This document shows, one piece after another, positions 38,070 through 50,878 of a DNA stretch of 64,000 nt. The notes beneath the pieces were generated by a model. The model saw nothing but the letters and a program-made list of their open reading frames with translations. It did not search any database and was not told where the DNA came from. Within the stretch, counting starts at the first letter, position 1, and every line of letters starts with the position of its first letter. This DNA is from Podarcis cretensis (lineage: Eukaryota): NCBI GenBank assembly GCA_951804945.1, contig OX638162.1, positions 24,676,001-24,740,000 on the forward strand, given 5' to 3'. Position numbers and translations under genes: made by a program.

Positions 38070-38430
38070 TCCCCTTTTTTCTAAAAAAGGAGAGCAGCCT
38101 TTTAACTTGATGGATGAAATTATATCTAAATCTGGTAAATTGGGGACTTCAAAGGCATTTTTCCTCTACTCAGGGTGTCCCTAGATGAGAGGGGTGCATG
38201 CTATTTGTACCAAACTCCTGTGCTCAAGTGGTTTGCTAATTGACCCCTTTGTAACAGGTTAAAGGTTCCGCACTAGATAACAGCGCTTCGTTTTGATTAA
38301 TTATGTCAGGGAATTAATGTATGATTACTAACTTTTAGCAGACCCTGCTCCTTCTGACCCTGAGCTGCTTGTTTGTGTGGCTGGTTGTAATTTTCGACCG
38401 ATGGGTTACGAGAGGTCACAGTGTGGTCAG
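37455..38430. promoter_or_regulatory. Candidate long conserved non-coding element/enhancer
   Basis: ~1 kb without TE sequence, AT-rich yet CpG-retaining; TGATTTAC 37517, TGACAG 37937 and 38025, TGATGGAT 38108, TGATTAAT 38294. Confidence 0.5.
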
Positions 38431-38874
38431 CGTACTTTAAACAAAGAAGAAGGGATAGTGGAGGGAACCCAAGAGAGAAAGGATGGAGAGAGGTATCATA
38501 TCTGGGAAGCCATGCCTTTATTTACAGCCTGACAGGCAAGATGGGATCAGTGTTTTTAACAGTGGGCGTTTATACATTTAGCCTTTCCAGTGAAAGATTC
38601 TTCCCAGACAGAGCAGAGACTTTTGGAGCTAGGAGGAGTATAATGGAAGAGTTGAACTTTAGGTCCATAATTCCAATTCATACTGAAATTCAAAAGCAGA
38701 GGACCTTGTTAAATTGAACTTTAAGCAGGGCTATGGTGAATCTTCCCCATTCGTGGGGAGAGATGTTAAAGGAAGACTTTTCATTAAGCTAATGAGATTG
38801 AAAGAGTGGTTAGAAATAACAACAACAACAACAACTTCTGCTTAGAAAGAAGAATAGAAATAGAAAGGACTGCC

Positions 38875-39200
38875 TCTTTCCATATGAACCTACCCAGAAC
38901 CTGAAATCATCTTCTGAGGCCCTTCTTCATGTGCCATCTCCTCGAGAGGTCCGGAGGGTGGCAACACGAGAACGGGACTTCTCTGCAGTGGCTCCCCATC
39001 TGTGGAATACTCTCCCCAGGGAAGTTCACCGGGCACTTTCATTATATACCTTTATGTGCCTTTTTAACCAGGCCTTTGGTTGACCTGATTGACATCCTAT
39101 ATCTTTTTCAAATGTGGCTCTTTTTGAGGGTGGTATTATTGGGTTATTGTTCTTATTTTGATTTTATATATTGTGAGATTTTCTGTGAACCGCCCTGTGA
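38875..39200 (+). mobile_element. L2 LINE 3' fragment
   Basis: ttctctgcagtggctccccatctgtggaatactctcccc (FSAVAPHLWNTLP). Confidence 0.75.
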
Positions 39201-39220
39201 ACCGTATTCTGCATGGTGCA

Positions 39221-39580
39221 TATTTTCCAAAAACATATCATCCTTGTTTCCCCCCCCCCCATTTTTCCTCCCTCCCCCCCCCACAAAACTCCCCCACCCC
39301 ACCCCAACTTCCCTCAGTTCCAGTCTTTGGTTTCTCTAAGAATGCTGTTTTCTGCATGTTACAAAGTTGTATAAATCCTCAAACTATTTAGCTGATTATT
39401 ATCAATAAAAAGTTTGTGAATGTTTATTCAAAACCTGCCAAGGAGTCCAGTTCGCTTTGTTGCGTCTTCAGATACTTTGTAAAGGGTTCCCATTCATCCT
39501 TAAAGTCACAGTTATCCTTGTCCCGTAGCTTATATGTCACTATGTCTTGTTATAATTTTGAATAATAATAATAAAAAAAG
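39221..39580. mobile_element. L1-clade insertion with 5' inversion (twin priming)
   Basis: 14-bp TSD ttctgcatggtgca; 39221-39540 reversed (VTYKLRDKDNCDFKDEWEPFTKYLKTQQSELDSLAGFE*); 39541-39580 forward with A tail. Confidence 0.85.
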
Positions 39581-42500
39581 TTCTGCATGGTGCAGACAAG
39601 GTAGATAGAAAAATGTTTCTCTCTCTCTCATAGGATTAGAATGTGGGGCCATTGAATAAAGCTGGATGATGGGAGTGTCAAGAAAAACAAAAGAAAGGCT
39701 TCTTCACACAACACATAGTTAAACTGTTTGTTTGTTAAACTGGTGTTTGTTCCCACAGCAGGCAGTGATGGTCATTACCTTAGATGAATTTAATGAGAAG
39801 CCCACAAGCAGGACCTAGGCACAACATTTCCCTCTCCGCTTGCGATTCCCAGCATACTGCCTCCAATGCTGAAGACACAGTATAGCTGTCATGACTTTCA
39901 TGAATGACCACCAGCTCACCCTACCTGCATCAGAGACTGGAAACTTGAATGAGGGACTTGAATGATTGTCTCAGGCAGGGATCTAATCAGGTAAGAAATG
40001 CAGAAGGTGATGGGAGAGCGAATTAGCTTGGCAATTCACTGTGACCTAGAAACCCCTAGATTGGCTAGGTTGGGATAAATGGGTCTGTCCTGGTCAGTCT
40101 TCTGCCTTGGGCTTTAAGCAACTCAAAGAGTTCCTTGGAAAGAGAGGTTTTCAAACCAGCCAGAGAACTGCAGGAGAACTACTCTCTGCACCCTTAACAA
40201 ACCACAGTTCCCAATATTCTTTGAGGAAAGACTTGACTCTGTTCTTTCATGGGGACAGAAAACTTTCAAGAAACACGAGGACAGGTTTCAGCATAGCAAC
40301 AGTCAGCACCTGAATACTAATTGCGGAATATGTGCAAGGAATCACACTGTGTGTTTGTGCCGTCCCCCCACCATGGGCTGCACATGCTTGCTGGACATTT
40401 TGCAGGTGTGCTGACATTAAGTATTTTGAGCTGCACTATTAATTTGCACTTAATGAGTTATAGCGGGGCTGGGGGGTGGAGGTGGAGGGAAAGTCCTGAA
40501 CAATTGTACATGTTTCAACCTGCACCATAATTAGAGGGGGCTATAAAATCAGTAGGCCAACCAATTTTGTGCGTGTGTGTGTGTGTTTAAATGAGATCAG
40601 AGGTGATTTCTCCACCCCCCCCCTTTTCTTGAGGGGGAAAAAACACACCAACAAAACTTCAAAACCGGCCAGCCTAACAATGAGCATTTCTGAGCCCTGT
40701 TCCCATTTAATCATCAGCGAAATCTATCACACATGTTCTTTCAAGTAAAGTTTATTAGAAAGGAATTGCTACTAGGGAGCCACATGTGGGCTCCAACTTG
40801 GCAAGGTCGGGCTGGGGCATAAAACCCTTGAACTTTACAAATATGCAAAGCTGACATAAATAACAAATTAAACTTAGCCAGGTGTAGAGCTGGGTTGAGT
40901 CACTTGCCAGAGAGAGAAATTTCAGGTCTTGTTAGAATGACCCAGGTTAGCATGAGGGTGAAGGCTGGCTTATCTCATCAGATTGCTTGCTGGTAGGTTC
41001 ACATCAGAGGGTCAGGCAGTTCCTTTGATTAAAAAAGAACATCTGCCCATTTTTGAAGAATATCATTCGTTTATTTACTTATTTCTATGTTCGTTTTGCT
41101 TCTGTGAGTAGGAGATGGGATATAGCGCAGCTGCTCAGTGACATAACTGCAGACCAAAAGTATGATTATTTCCATTTATAGACTGCTTGGTACCTGAAAG
41201 ACCTTGAAGTGCTTTACAACACATATGCACACACACATCTGCACACACAATACATAAAATAAAACCATGTCAAATGTTCACATAACAAAATACAATCAAT
41301 GCACATACACAAATGTATACAAGCAATACATAAACGTAAAATAAAAATAAATAAAATCAGAGAGGCAGTATAATATAAAATGTCAAACTCAACATGCATA
41401 CAACCTTTCAACCATTCATTCAATCTCATTCACCATCCATTTCACACAGACACTATAATCATTCACTACTTCAAATATTACCTTTATCAACCACGTATGC
41501 ATAAACCACTCACATTCAGCAGTATTTTAATTCACATAAAAAGGGTCATTGCCAAGCATACACATATCAGATATACTCATCATACCTGAAGCAGAAATGG
41601 ACTCATGCTCCATCTCTGTTGGACCATCTAATACTCACCTCTCCCACCTCTCACCAGAAAGGGGCCCAGATCTCACCATGGACGGTTCCATCCACTCACT
41701 CCTAACTAGCATGTATGGTACTATACATGTATGGTACTATACAAGCTCAACGCCTGATTAAAGAAACCATCAGCACTGGTAGAAGGCACAAACATTGGTC
41801 TCACACTGAAATTAACTTGTTCCAGCCAACCCATTGCTAGGCTCTCATTCTCCACCAGCAGCTTGGCTTGTTCTATCTCATGCGTCATTGATGTCTTGTT
41901 GGCCAGCAAATCTCACTTCCACTATGAACTTACCAAGTTATCTCTAGGTCCAAAGTCCCTTTTTTTAGTTCCAGAGATTCATTTGCAGTGTGAGAATAAT
42001 AACAATATGGATATATAGGAAATTCAGTTTGGTTAGGTTTTGAACCTTTCCAATTCCACTTTCCAAAACCATACGTGCACAGAAACAAAGTTATCCTGCA
42101 AAATTCACACCTCTCTGAACTATGTGATGCAGGTCTCCAACAAAATACTGTGTATCAAAATACATATAATTAGGGGCAAGTGTGCCTGAAAATGCACCTC
42201 TTCATAAAAATAACAGACAAAACAAAAAGGTATTATGTTAGTGAAAATTGCCTGCAAAATTGTGTATGTCAGGAGAAATTTGCCCTAAAATGCTGACATG
42301 TTTTCACAAGGATTAAAAAACACAAATTTGCAAACTGATGTGGAAGTATGGCAAATTGAATTTAAGACTTGAAAAATGAGAAACCGATAAAAGAAACTGA
42401 AATGGATAGATTTGGCCACAAATAGCATTTAAATTACTGGATTATTTATAAGGATTGTAATCAGTGCAGGTGAAATACTTTGAACATTTAAGATGAGCCA

Positions 42501-44019
42501 GCAGCTAAATTTCTCAGTGCATCCTCACCTCCTGACATGGTTCCAACCAGTCAACAAGGATGACTGCCTCCAAAATACATATAGATGTGAGCAAGGGAGG
42601 GTCAGTAAGGAAGTCGAGAAGGCTTAGAACCAAGAAACGGGGATGAGATAGAGGCAACATCTGTACCATGCAGCATACATTAAAAGCACTATGGATCTTA
42701 AAACCAAGAAATCAGGTCAAATAGAGTAAGCAGCAGTGATAACAACACTCTCTGGAAGAAGAAGAGTGAGGAACTTTTTTCACTTCAAGGACCACACAGC
42801 AATGGTGGAAAAGTGGGTGGGGCAACATGTGCAAATTTTGCCTCTGTACCGGAGGCTAGTTCCACACCCACACCCACCTACTCACCCACCCTTGTCTTTC
42901 CTCTATCGAGATGCACAAGGGGTTGGCCTGGGGAAAATTCTGAGGGTGATCTAGAGAGGTTTAGAGGGCTGCATTTGTCCTTCCTACAGCCCTGCTGTAA
43001 AACTACATCATGGAAATAATATCCTCAAGATCCAAATCCTGGGCAAATAAAAATGCACCAGGGTAGCAAAGGCTGCTGCTATGGATCTCAGGTGCTTGAA
43101 CAAGAATGAGCAAGAAGGACTTTGCAGGTTTAGCATCAGCCATGCTTCTTAGCAAATGCTTTAGCTGCTTTTCATAGAAGAAGAAGAAAACCTGTGTGGT
43201 AGGGTGAGGGAGACTGCTTTGGCTGCTGCTGAATGTTCATCCCAAATTGGCTCTGCTCTGCTTAAACAACAGGATCTCAGGCTCACCTGGGACCTATTGT
43301 GTGTCCTCAAGTTGTCCTGCGTCCCCAACTCACCTCCCCCCCCCAGGGTGGGGGAGTGAACACGGATAGTGCATTTGACCCTTCCCTCCAAGGAGTCAAA
43401 GGATCTGTTGTGTGTTTGTGTGCCATAGCGGCAAAGAAGTTGGACGACTTGTCATGACAAATAATTAAAAGTCCCTGTGGGAAAGACTGTATCATGGAGA
43501 GAAAACAGAGAGCTGACAGTTTAGGGAGGAAAGCGCCGGGTCCCTCGGGGGAGATAGAGAAATAGATCATGTTTCTTTGCTTGCGGTCTTAGATCTGGCA
43601 AGTGTAACTTTTCCTGAAAGGTTGATAGGTAGGTCAAATGGTAAATCAAGCTGAGATAGAGTTAGGACTTCTACTTATTATATTGTTAAAACACAGCCTG
43701 CTGGGGTGGGAGGTGGGGAGAGAGAGGCAGTCCTACAGAGGCCCATTGCTTGGTCTAACCTCAAAATGTTTGGGGAAATATGGTTATTGTTATATCAGTA
43801 TATCAATGGAAGGCTTGTGTTCTGTTCTGCTTCTGAGGATTCATTCCTCACAACAACTCTCTGAGCAGCAGAGACAAGGAAACTCAGGCCAAAGACCTTT
43901 GCACATTGCACAGGAAGATATCTTCACACAATCTTGGTCCATAATTCCTGCCCTGTTCAAATGTTCACCACAAATGTGTGAAGGATCGGGGCTGCACATT
44001 AATTTATTTTATTATTAAT

Positions 44020-44235
44020 TTATTACATCCATATGCCTCCTTTCCCACGAAGGAGCTCAAGGTGTTGTATATGGTTCTAACCTTCATGTTTTATGGCCAC
44101 AACAACCCTGTGAGGTAGGTTAGGCTGAAAGACAGTGGCCAGCCCAAGGACACCTAGTGAGCTTCATGGCTGCTTAGGGATTTGAACCCTTGCCTCTTAG
44201 GTCCTTGTCTGACACTCTAAGCATTACACCATATA
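44020..44235 (-). mobile_element. MIR/Ther1-like CORE SINE
   Basis: acaacaaccctgtgaggtaggt...ggatttgaaccc; related copies at ~20400-20620 and 57500-57715. Confidence 0.7.
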
Positions 44236-45699
44236 GGATATCCCCAGAATGTCATCACACCTGCCAGCTGTACCCTCAGATTTTGGGGGGCTGAGTGGGC
44301 GGGTCATAGGAAGCAGTGAGTCACACCCACTGGTCCATCTAGCTCAGCGTTGTCTACACCAACTAGCAGGTGCTCACCTGTGTTTTAGACTAGGAATAAT
44401 CAAAGTCTTACTTGGAGATGCTGGCGATTGGACCTTGGACCTTCTGCATGCAAAGTAGATGCTCTGCCTTTCCCCATAAGGTCTGAAAGGGGGATATGTA
44501 TGCATTCTGTTGAATGCATTTATAATGTACAGAGTTGCTGACTGCATGGAAATGCGTCCAGCAAAACAAACAAACAAACAAACAAACAAACAAGGAGATT
44601 CCCAGTTAAGTGTGCAAGGTCTGAGGCTGCAGCTGGCACACCCCTCATCCAAAAATTGCCCCTTCCAGAATGTCTACAAGGCTTAGTCAAAAGCCCCCCT
44701 GAAACCGTTACAGCCTTACTTTTCAATGGTTAGTTTCAACCAACCACTTTTGGGTGTGTGTTCTTAGAAATATGGTCACTCTAAAGTCACAATTCTCCCA
44801 GCAGAATTTCTACACTCAGAGGAGCTCAGAGTGAAATATCTTAAAATCCACGCAATATGTTGCTCAGAATGTGGAATTTAATTTACCTGCTAGGACTCTT
44901 GACAGTGGGCACTCCACAAGTCCCTAAGACAGATAGATGGATAAGGCTCGTAGCCTGAGGACATACACTATTGGAAGAGTATTAAATATTTTAAAGGAGG
45001 TTTATTTAGAGTCCCTATGAACTGACAGGTTCTTAAATACAAGATCATATGACAAGGAGATTCAACATCGTTCTTGTCAGAGGATGAGTTAAATGTGGAA
45101 CTGAGCCCTGTGTGAATAAACAGCCATGGAAATATTTTCTCTGTAGCACAATCTAAGCATTGAACTGTAGCCTCCTCAGCCAGTTCGCCCATCTCAAAGC
45201 AGATCTCAGAGGTGGGAAGTGCCAATTTAGTACACATTTCAAGGCAAATCCTTGTTTCATTTGGAGTCTCTCTCTCCCTCTCTTTCAATAGAGTAAATAG
45301 AACATCAACCTTGACAATACTCAACTTAGGAGGGCATGAAATGAATGGGACTGTGAGATCCTGCAATATTATAGCCATTGTGAAATCATAATTCTTCAAC
45401 TAAGAATGAAATCTTTTGAAGTCCATGGTTTGCTTATATTGCAGGATTTAATGCATAGCTCAGTAGTCGAGCTTCTTCTTTGAATGCAGAAGGTTCTAGC
45501 TTTGATCCTTGGCATCTCTAAGTAGGGCTAGGAATGGGCCCTATCTGAAATGCTAGAGAGTTGCTGCCAGTCAGTGTCAACAATATGGAGCTAGATGGAC
45601 CAAAGGGTATGACTCAGTATAAGGCAACTTCATATGTACCCCAGTTCCCTGATTGAATCCCAGTAATGGACACTTGCTACAATTCTGCACACCTTCTCT

Positions 45700-46092
45700 G
45701 ATAACACTCAAACTCATGGACATCCAGTGAAGCCTGGGTGATTTAGAACAGAGAAGAGAAAGGTCTTCTTTATGCAGTGAATAGTCAATAGAACTCACTT
45801 CCACAGGAGGCAGTGGTGACCGCCAACTTGTGTGGCTTTCAAAGAGGATTAGACCAATTCATGGAGGAGAAGCTAGCAACAGCTACTAGCCATGATGGCT
45901 ATGTTCTACCTCCACAGTTTGAAGGCAATAATACTTCTGAATATCAGTTGCTGGAAGTCACAGGAGGGGACAGTGCCCTTGTGCTCATGTCTTGCTTGTG
46001 GGCTTCCTGTTGAGGCATCTGATTGGCTACTGTGACAACAGGTTGGTGGCCTAAGATGGGCCATTAGTCTGATCCAACAGGCTCTTCTGATG
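45700..46092 (+). mobile_element. CR1 LINE 3' fragment
   Basis: TANLCGFQRGLDQFMEE followed by the CR1 3'UTR. Confidence 0.8.
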
Positions 46093-47024
46093 TTTGTACA
46101 GGGTGACCTTTATCTTGGGTATTACAAAGGAAACAAATGGAAAAGAATGCCTAATCCATTCACCTCTTCCTAGTTTCTGTTTCTGAGACACCATTCCCAC
46201 CCACTGCAGTACAACTGTGCATCAGAACAATCTTAAAGATCTCAGTTGTGTTGGAAAAGTCTCTCCCTTTTAATGTTATAACCAAGAGCTGCCGAGTCGG
46301 CATTTGTGCCGTCGGGGGAGTCTCCCTCTGGAAGGTCAGTGGGGAAGTATAATCAGTTTAGCACTGACTGTTGTAACTTACTTGAATGAAAGATTTTTCT
46401 AAAGGTGACATTAAGATGAAATATTTAAGATAAACTGAAAGATTTGACTGGAAATTCACAGTGTCCCTCTGAAACGGCCTGCGCTGATTTACTGATCTTC
46501 CATTTTCAATTTATGAGCTGAGACCTATGTATACCACTGGAGGATGAGAATAGAGTAGTCGTATTAGAGCGAGCTCATATATCCTAAAGACAGACTTTGG
46601 AAGAATTAGAAAGTATAATAAAGTGTTGGTCCCTTTAAGGCTGAGACTGGCTTACTGCCAATTTAGAACCTGGAGCATTAGATATTTTTAAAGCCCTTAA
46701 AGCTGTCATTTTGTTTGGGGGGGGGGATGTCTTGGTGTGTGCTTTCTATTTTGCTTCCCCCACCCTGGTATGATGTCTCATCCTTTTGTCAATGAAGAAA
46801 CAATAGCAGACTCCCTTTGCATGAAATATGTGGATCTATGGCTTATTGTGGGACGGTTCATCTTGATGAAAGTATTGCACCTGTATCTGACAGAGACCAG
46901 GGGGGCCTGTAATCTCTTCTGAGATTCTCTGGGCATCTGCTAGCTCTGAAGGCTGCATCTCAGTCAGCACCTTGTCCTGAATCTTGTGGAACAAACTGAG
47001 TAAGTTAAAATTTCCTGCTTTCTC

Positions 47025-47136
47025 CAAATACAGGCAGCCCTTTATTGGGAAGTTTTTAATGTTTGATGTTTTAGTATGTTCTGATATATGCTGTGAGCCA
47101 CCCAGAGTGGATGGGGAAACCCAGCCAGATGGGTGG

Positions 47137-47184
<48 letters not shown>
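47025..47184 (+). mobile_element. L2 3' tail with (TAA)n
   Basis: cccagagtggatggggaaacccagccagatgggtggggta(ata)n. Confidence 0.8.
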
Positions 47185-47185
<1 letters not shown>

Positions 47186-48029
47186 TAAATAATTGTTAAA
47201 TACCCTCCCTCCCCTTGCCAGTTTGCCTGGTTCAGCACAATGGTACCTGCATCTATCTTGATGGGTGCTTTATTGGAATGGTGAGGAGTCCGAAGAGCAC
47301 TTTTTAGATGAGGGATGCAGTTGATAGAAGAGGGTCAACTGCCCTCCCCATATTTCTGGTATGTCGCTGGAAAGGACAGGATGCAGAACCAAGGTGTGGC
47401 TTCTAATTGGCTGCAGGAGCTTCCTGCACTTAAGCAGAAGCTGTGTTGGACGTTCGGCTTCTGAAAAATATATTCAAAAACACTTACTTCTGGGTTTTCG
47501 GTGTTCGGGGGCTGATTTGTTCTTTAACTAAGCCATTCAAGAACCAAGGTTCCACTGTAGTGGCACCCTGCTATATGGAGTTTAGTAGTTGGGCTGTCTT
47601 CTTTAGCAAGAGTAGCCAACATGGTGCCCACCAGATGTAGTTGGACCCCAGGTTACTCCAGTTTTCATGACCAGGTAGGCCTCCACTGAATGGTATGGTA
47701 ACTGAGATCCACAAATGGCACCTGGTTAGTTTTGCCATGCCTTGATGAATATTGGCTTGTAGTAACATGGAGATGGGCTTTTTCACTGGTGGCGCCAATG
47801 CTGTGGAATGTTCTCCCTGCTGAAATATGAGAGGCTTCACTGAGATAGGTATGCCACTGGTTCTTAAAGGCACACCTGTTTAGACCAGCATTTCCCTGTT
47901 CTCCTAACTTGAATCCCCTGCCTTGATTGTTGTTTTAACTTTTATGCTGTTTAAATGGGCTTGTAAATAAACCATATATTTAATTATGGATGTTTTAATG
48001 TGCTATGTATTTTAATTATGAGTAGTTGT

Positions 48030-48063
<34 letters not shown>

Positions 48064-49660
48064 TTATATAAGTGGTGAGGTTCTTGTTATTTTCCTGTAG
48101 GATTTTATTTCTTTGTAAACTGCCTTGATATTTCTTTGTGAGATGAAAAACTCTCTTATTTGCAACACAAATGGGAGCTGTAGTCCAAGAACAACTGTCG
48201 GGTACCACATTTATCACCCCTATTTTATACTATCGTATTGATTTAATGAAACTCAGGTCCCCCTAGCAAATAATGTTTCTAAGATGTGCAGCTATCATCT
48301 TCTTTCTAAAAAACACAAAATGGCAATTATGCACCTAGAATATGATGCGTGAGTGACAAGCAAATGTTTGAGGACACGTATCATTCGAGACATACTTATC
48401 AGAAAGCCAGTAATGGATGCAGTTCTGTGATAAGTGCAGTTGAGGCTGGCCACTGTGAGAGCAGGATGCTGGGCTAGATGGGCAATTGGCCTCATCCAGC
48501 ATGTTCTGCGGTTATGATTCAACATCTAGTATGGCCATGGCAGAGGCAGCCTTTAGAAAAGCTACAAGGGTCCCCAGGAAAATGTAATTTCCCAGGGTGG
48601 CCAAGTCCATTGAATGGACCTTGGATTGAAGAGCATTCTGCCAACCCAGGAAATTCTTTGGCATTGCTTTGAAATACATCATAGTGTATTTTTATGTCGT
48701 ATTGTGTTACTGGTCTCCCCATTCATGTTCCAGAAACCCATGAGAAAGTGGAAATTCATTTTTAAACATTTGTATTAACAATGCACACACACCACAAAAA
48801 GTCAATTTCTTTTTTGGCTGAACTTGAGGCAGAATCTTGGCAGGGGGATATGGATACCTTACATCATGTTTTCTATCTGTAGCTATTCGCTTTGGGGGGG
48901 GGGGAGTCAAGAATTGCAACTTACTGCAAGCCTCTAATTTCCAGTGCCTTAAAAAAGCTTGAAGCTCAATGTGCTTATATTGCTTTGACTTGGACAATGA
49001 TATGGGGGTTGAGGGGGGAATCTCAGCATTGGAAGAGATTAAGTGTAACTTTTAGATCTTTCTTTGTGTGCCAAAGGGAATATTCCATATTCCTATCCTC
49101 TGAATATTGTCTTCCTGGAGATTATGAGATAATGCATCTGGAACAACATTAGCTCATCCAGGTTTGAGTTTTTCCCCGTTGAAAATCAAACCACCGTAAT
49201 CTCATTCTCCATCTGTCTGAACATATTTTTGAGTAAAAGGGTCAGCGTTGGCCATTGCACAGGAGTGTGGTCAGAGTTTCAAAACATAAGAAGGAAATTT
49301 CTGCTCTCCCCTTCGCCCAGGCACCCTCAAATGATACCTAGACAGACTTTGTTCAAAATTCTTTTATGTTGTATTTTCTTTCAAAAACTGAATGAGTTAT
49401 CCCAGCCTAAGACAGCAAAGTGTGTTTATTTCTCCTTTGGTAGTGTTTGCTCAGCAGATGCCTAGTCTTTAATCCAATCCATTCATAATTCCGGGCTAAA
49501 GCGAGGCTGGGATCCAATGAACTGATGTCAGCAAGCTCCCAGTGTGATTTCTGACCTAGGGGGCAGTTTCTAAACTCCTGGCAAAGACGTCTGAGAGGCA
49601 ACTGGAAATGGCAGCCCTCTGTCTCTGTGGTCAGATTGAGAGGTCAGAGGTCACAAAACT

Positions 49661-50120
49661 CCAGGGATGAGGAGAAATTCAGTTCAGTTTACTATGTAAA
49701 GATGAACCTACTCAGTTCACACTTTCCAAAGCAATGTGAAAACTGAAACACAACCCTCCATTGAAATTCGCACTTCTCTGAATTTTGCAATGCAGTTTTC
49801 CAACCAAGTGGTATGTAGAAAAAATGGACACAGTGGGGTAAAGTGTGCATTAAAATGTGTGAAAAGTGTGAAAGTGTGAAAAGTGTGAAAAGGACATACA
49901 GAAATGTGTTATATTAGGGAAATTGCTTTGCAAAAAGGTTGTATATTAGGTAGAATTGCAGGCAAACCTATGTACTTTAGGAAAAATTGACGCTTATATG
50001 CTGGTGAATTTTTACCAGCATTTCAAACCTTTATGGAAATGTGAAGATTTGAATTTAAGACTTTAAAAAATGAGAAACAGAGAGATAAACCAAAAAGGTC
50101 AAGATTCACCCCTTCCCAGA
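49661..50120 (+). repeat. Longest copy of the AT-rich interspersed family (possible old MITE)
   Basis: cagggatgaggagaaattc...gattcaccccttccc weak terminal complementarity; same core as 16840. Confidence 0.6.
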
Positions 50121-50387
50121 ATACTGCAGTGGTTGAAAATTCCATGACTGTCGCTGAACCATCTCCCTCTTGGTGTTCTGAGGGAAATAGAACCCCAAAG
50201 GGAGACATTATGGGGACATATTGGATGAGGCATTGGATTGAGCAAATCTATAGCCTCCTCATTCACTGGGCATGTTTTTGGAACAGGGGAGAGATTATAC
50301 CAGAACTGGAGATGGAATTGTCACCCCACCCTTTTTGAAGTTATGGGATGGGTGTGTTTAATAAAGAGGAACCGCTGAGAGGGAAGC

Positions 50388-50636
50388 AGAGCCAGCATGG
50401 TGTAGTGGTTAAGAATGGTGGACTCATAATCTGGTGAACCGGGTTTGCTTCCCTGCTCCTCCACATGCAGCTGCTGGGTGACCTTGGGCTAGTCAACACT
50501 TCTCTGAAGTCTCTCAGCCTCACTCACCTCACAGAGTGTTTCTTGTGGGGGAGGAAGGGAAAGGAGATTGTTAGCCGCTTCGAGACTCCTTAAAGGGAGT
50601 GAAAGGCAGCATATCAAGTCCAAACTCTTCTTCTTC
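50388..50636 (+). mobile_element. Squam3-type SINE (Ther1/MIR-derived)
   Basis: A box tggtgtagtgg, core gctgggtgaccttgggctagtc, (CTT)n tail. Confidence 0.85.
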
Positions 50637-50878
50637 AGAGGCCTTGTCACCTGCTCATCATGAGACTGGCAGGACCTTGGAAGTAGTGGTTCTGCCACCA
50701 TAGACTCCCCCTGCCAACCCCTTTGTAGAGTTGCTCTGTCTAGATAGCAGCAGGACTTTCGCACATTATCCTAAACTATGTTTGAAATACTCAGATTTCA
50801 AAAGCCATCTGTTGGGCACACTGAATTGGTTGCATGGCAGAACAAAAGGCATGAAGTTTCCCAGCCCTAGAATTTTAT

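Noticed and set aside
41130-41990. Strongly A/C-skewed region
   Set aside because: Begins with an L2-like reversed end (aagtgctttacaac); most likely an old LINE 3'UTR or low-complexity DNA, not assignable
43070-43110. GGC TGC TGC (GCC) as a possible exon 2 start
   Set aside because: In-frame TGA soon after, no WAWAWW motif, no acceptor
44968-45399. 143-aa minus-strand ORF (likewise 18433-18843, 26930-27433, 51034-51567, 54995-55468)
   Set aside because: No recognisable domain or codon signal; several overlap TEs; lengths are expected by chance in 64 kb
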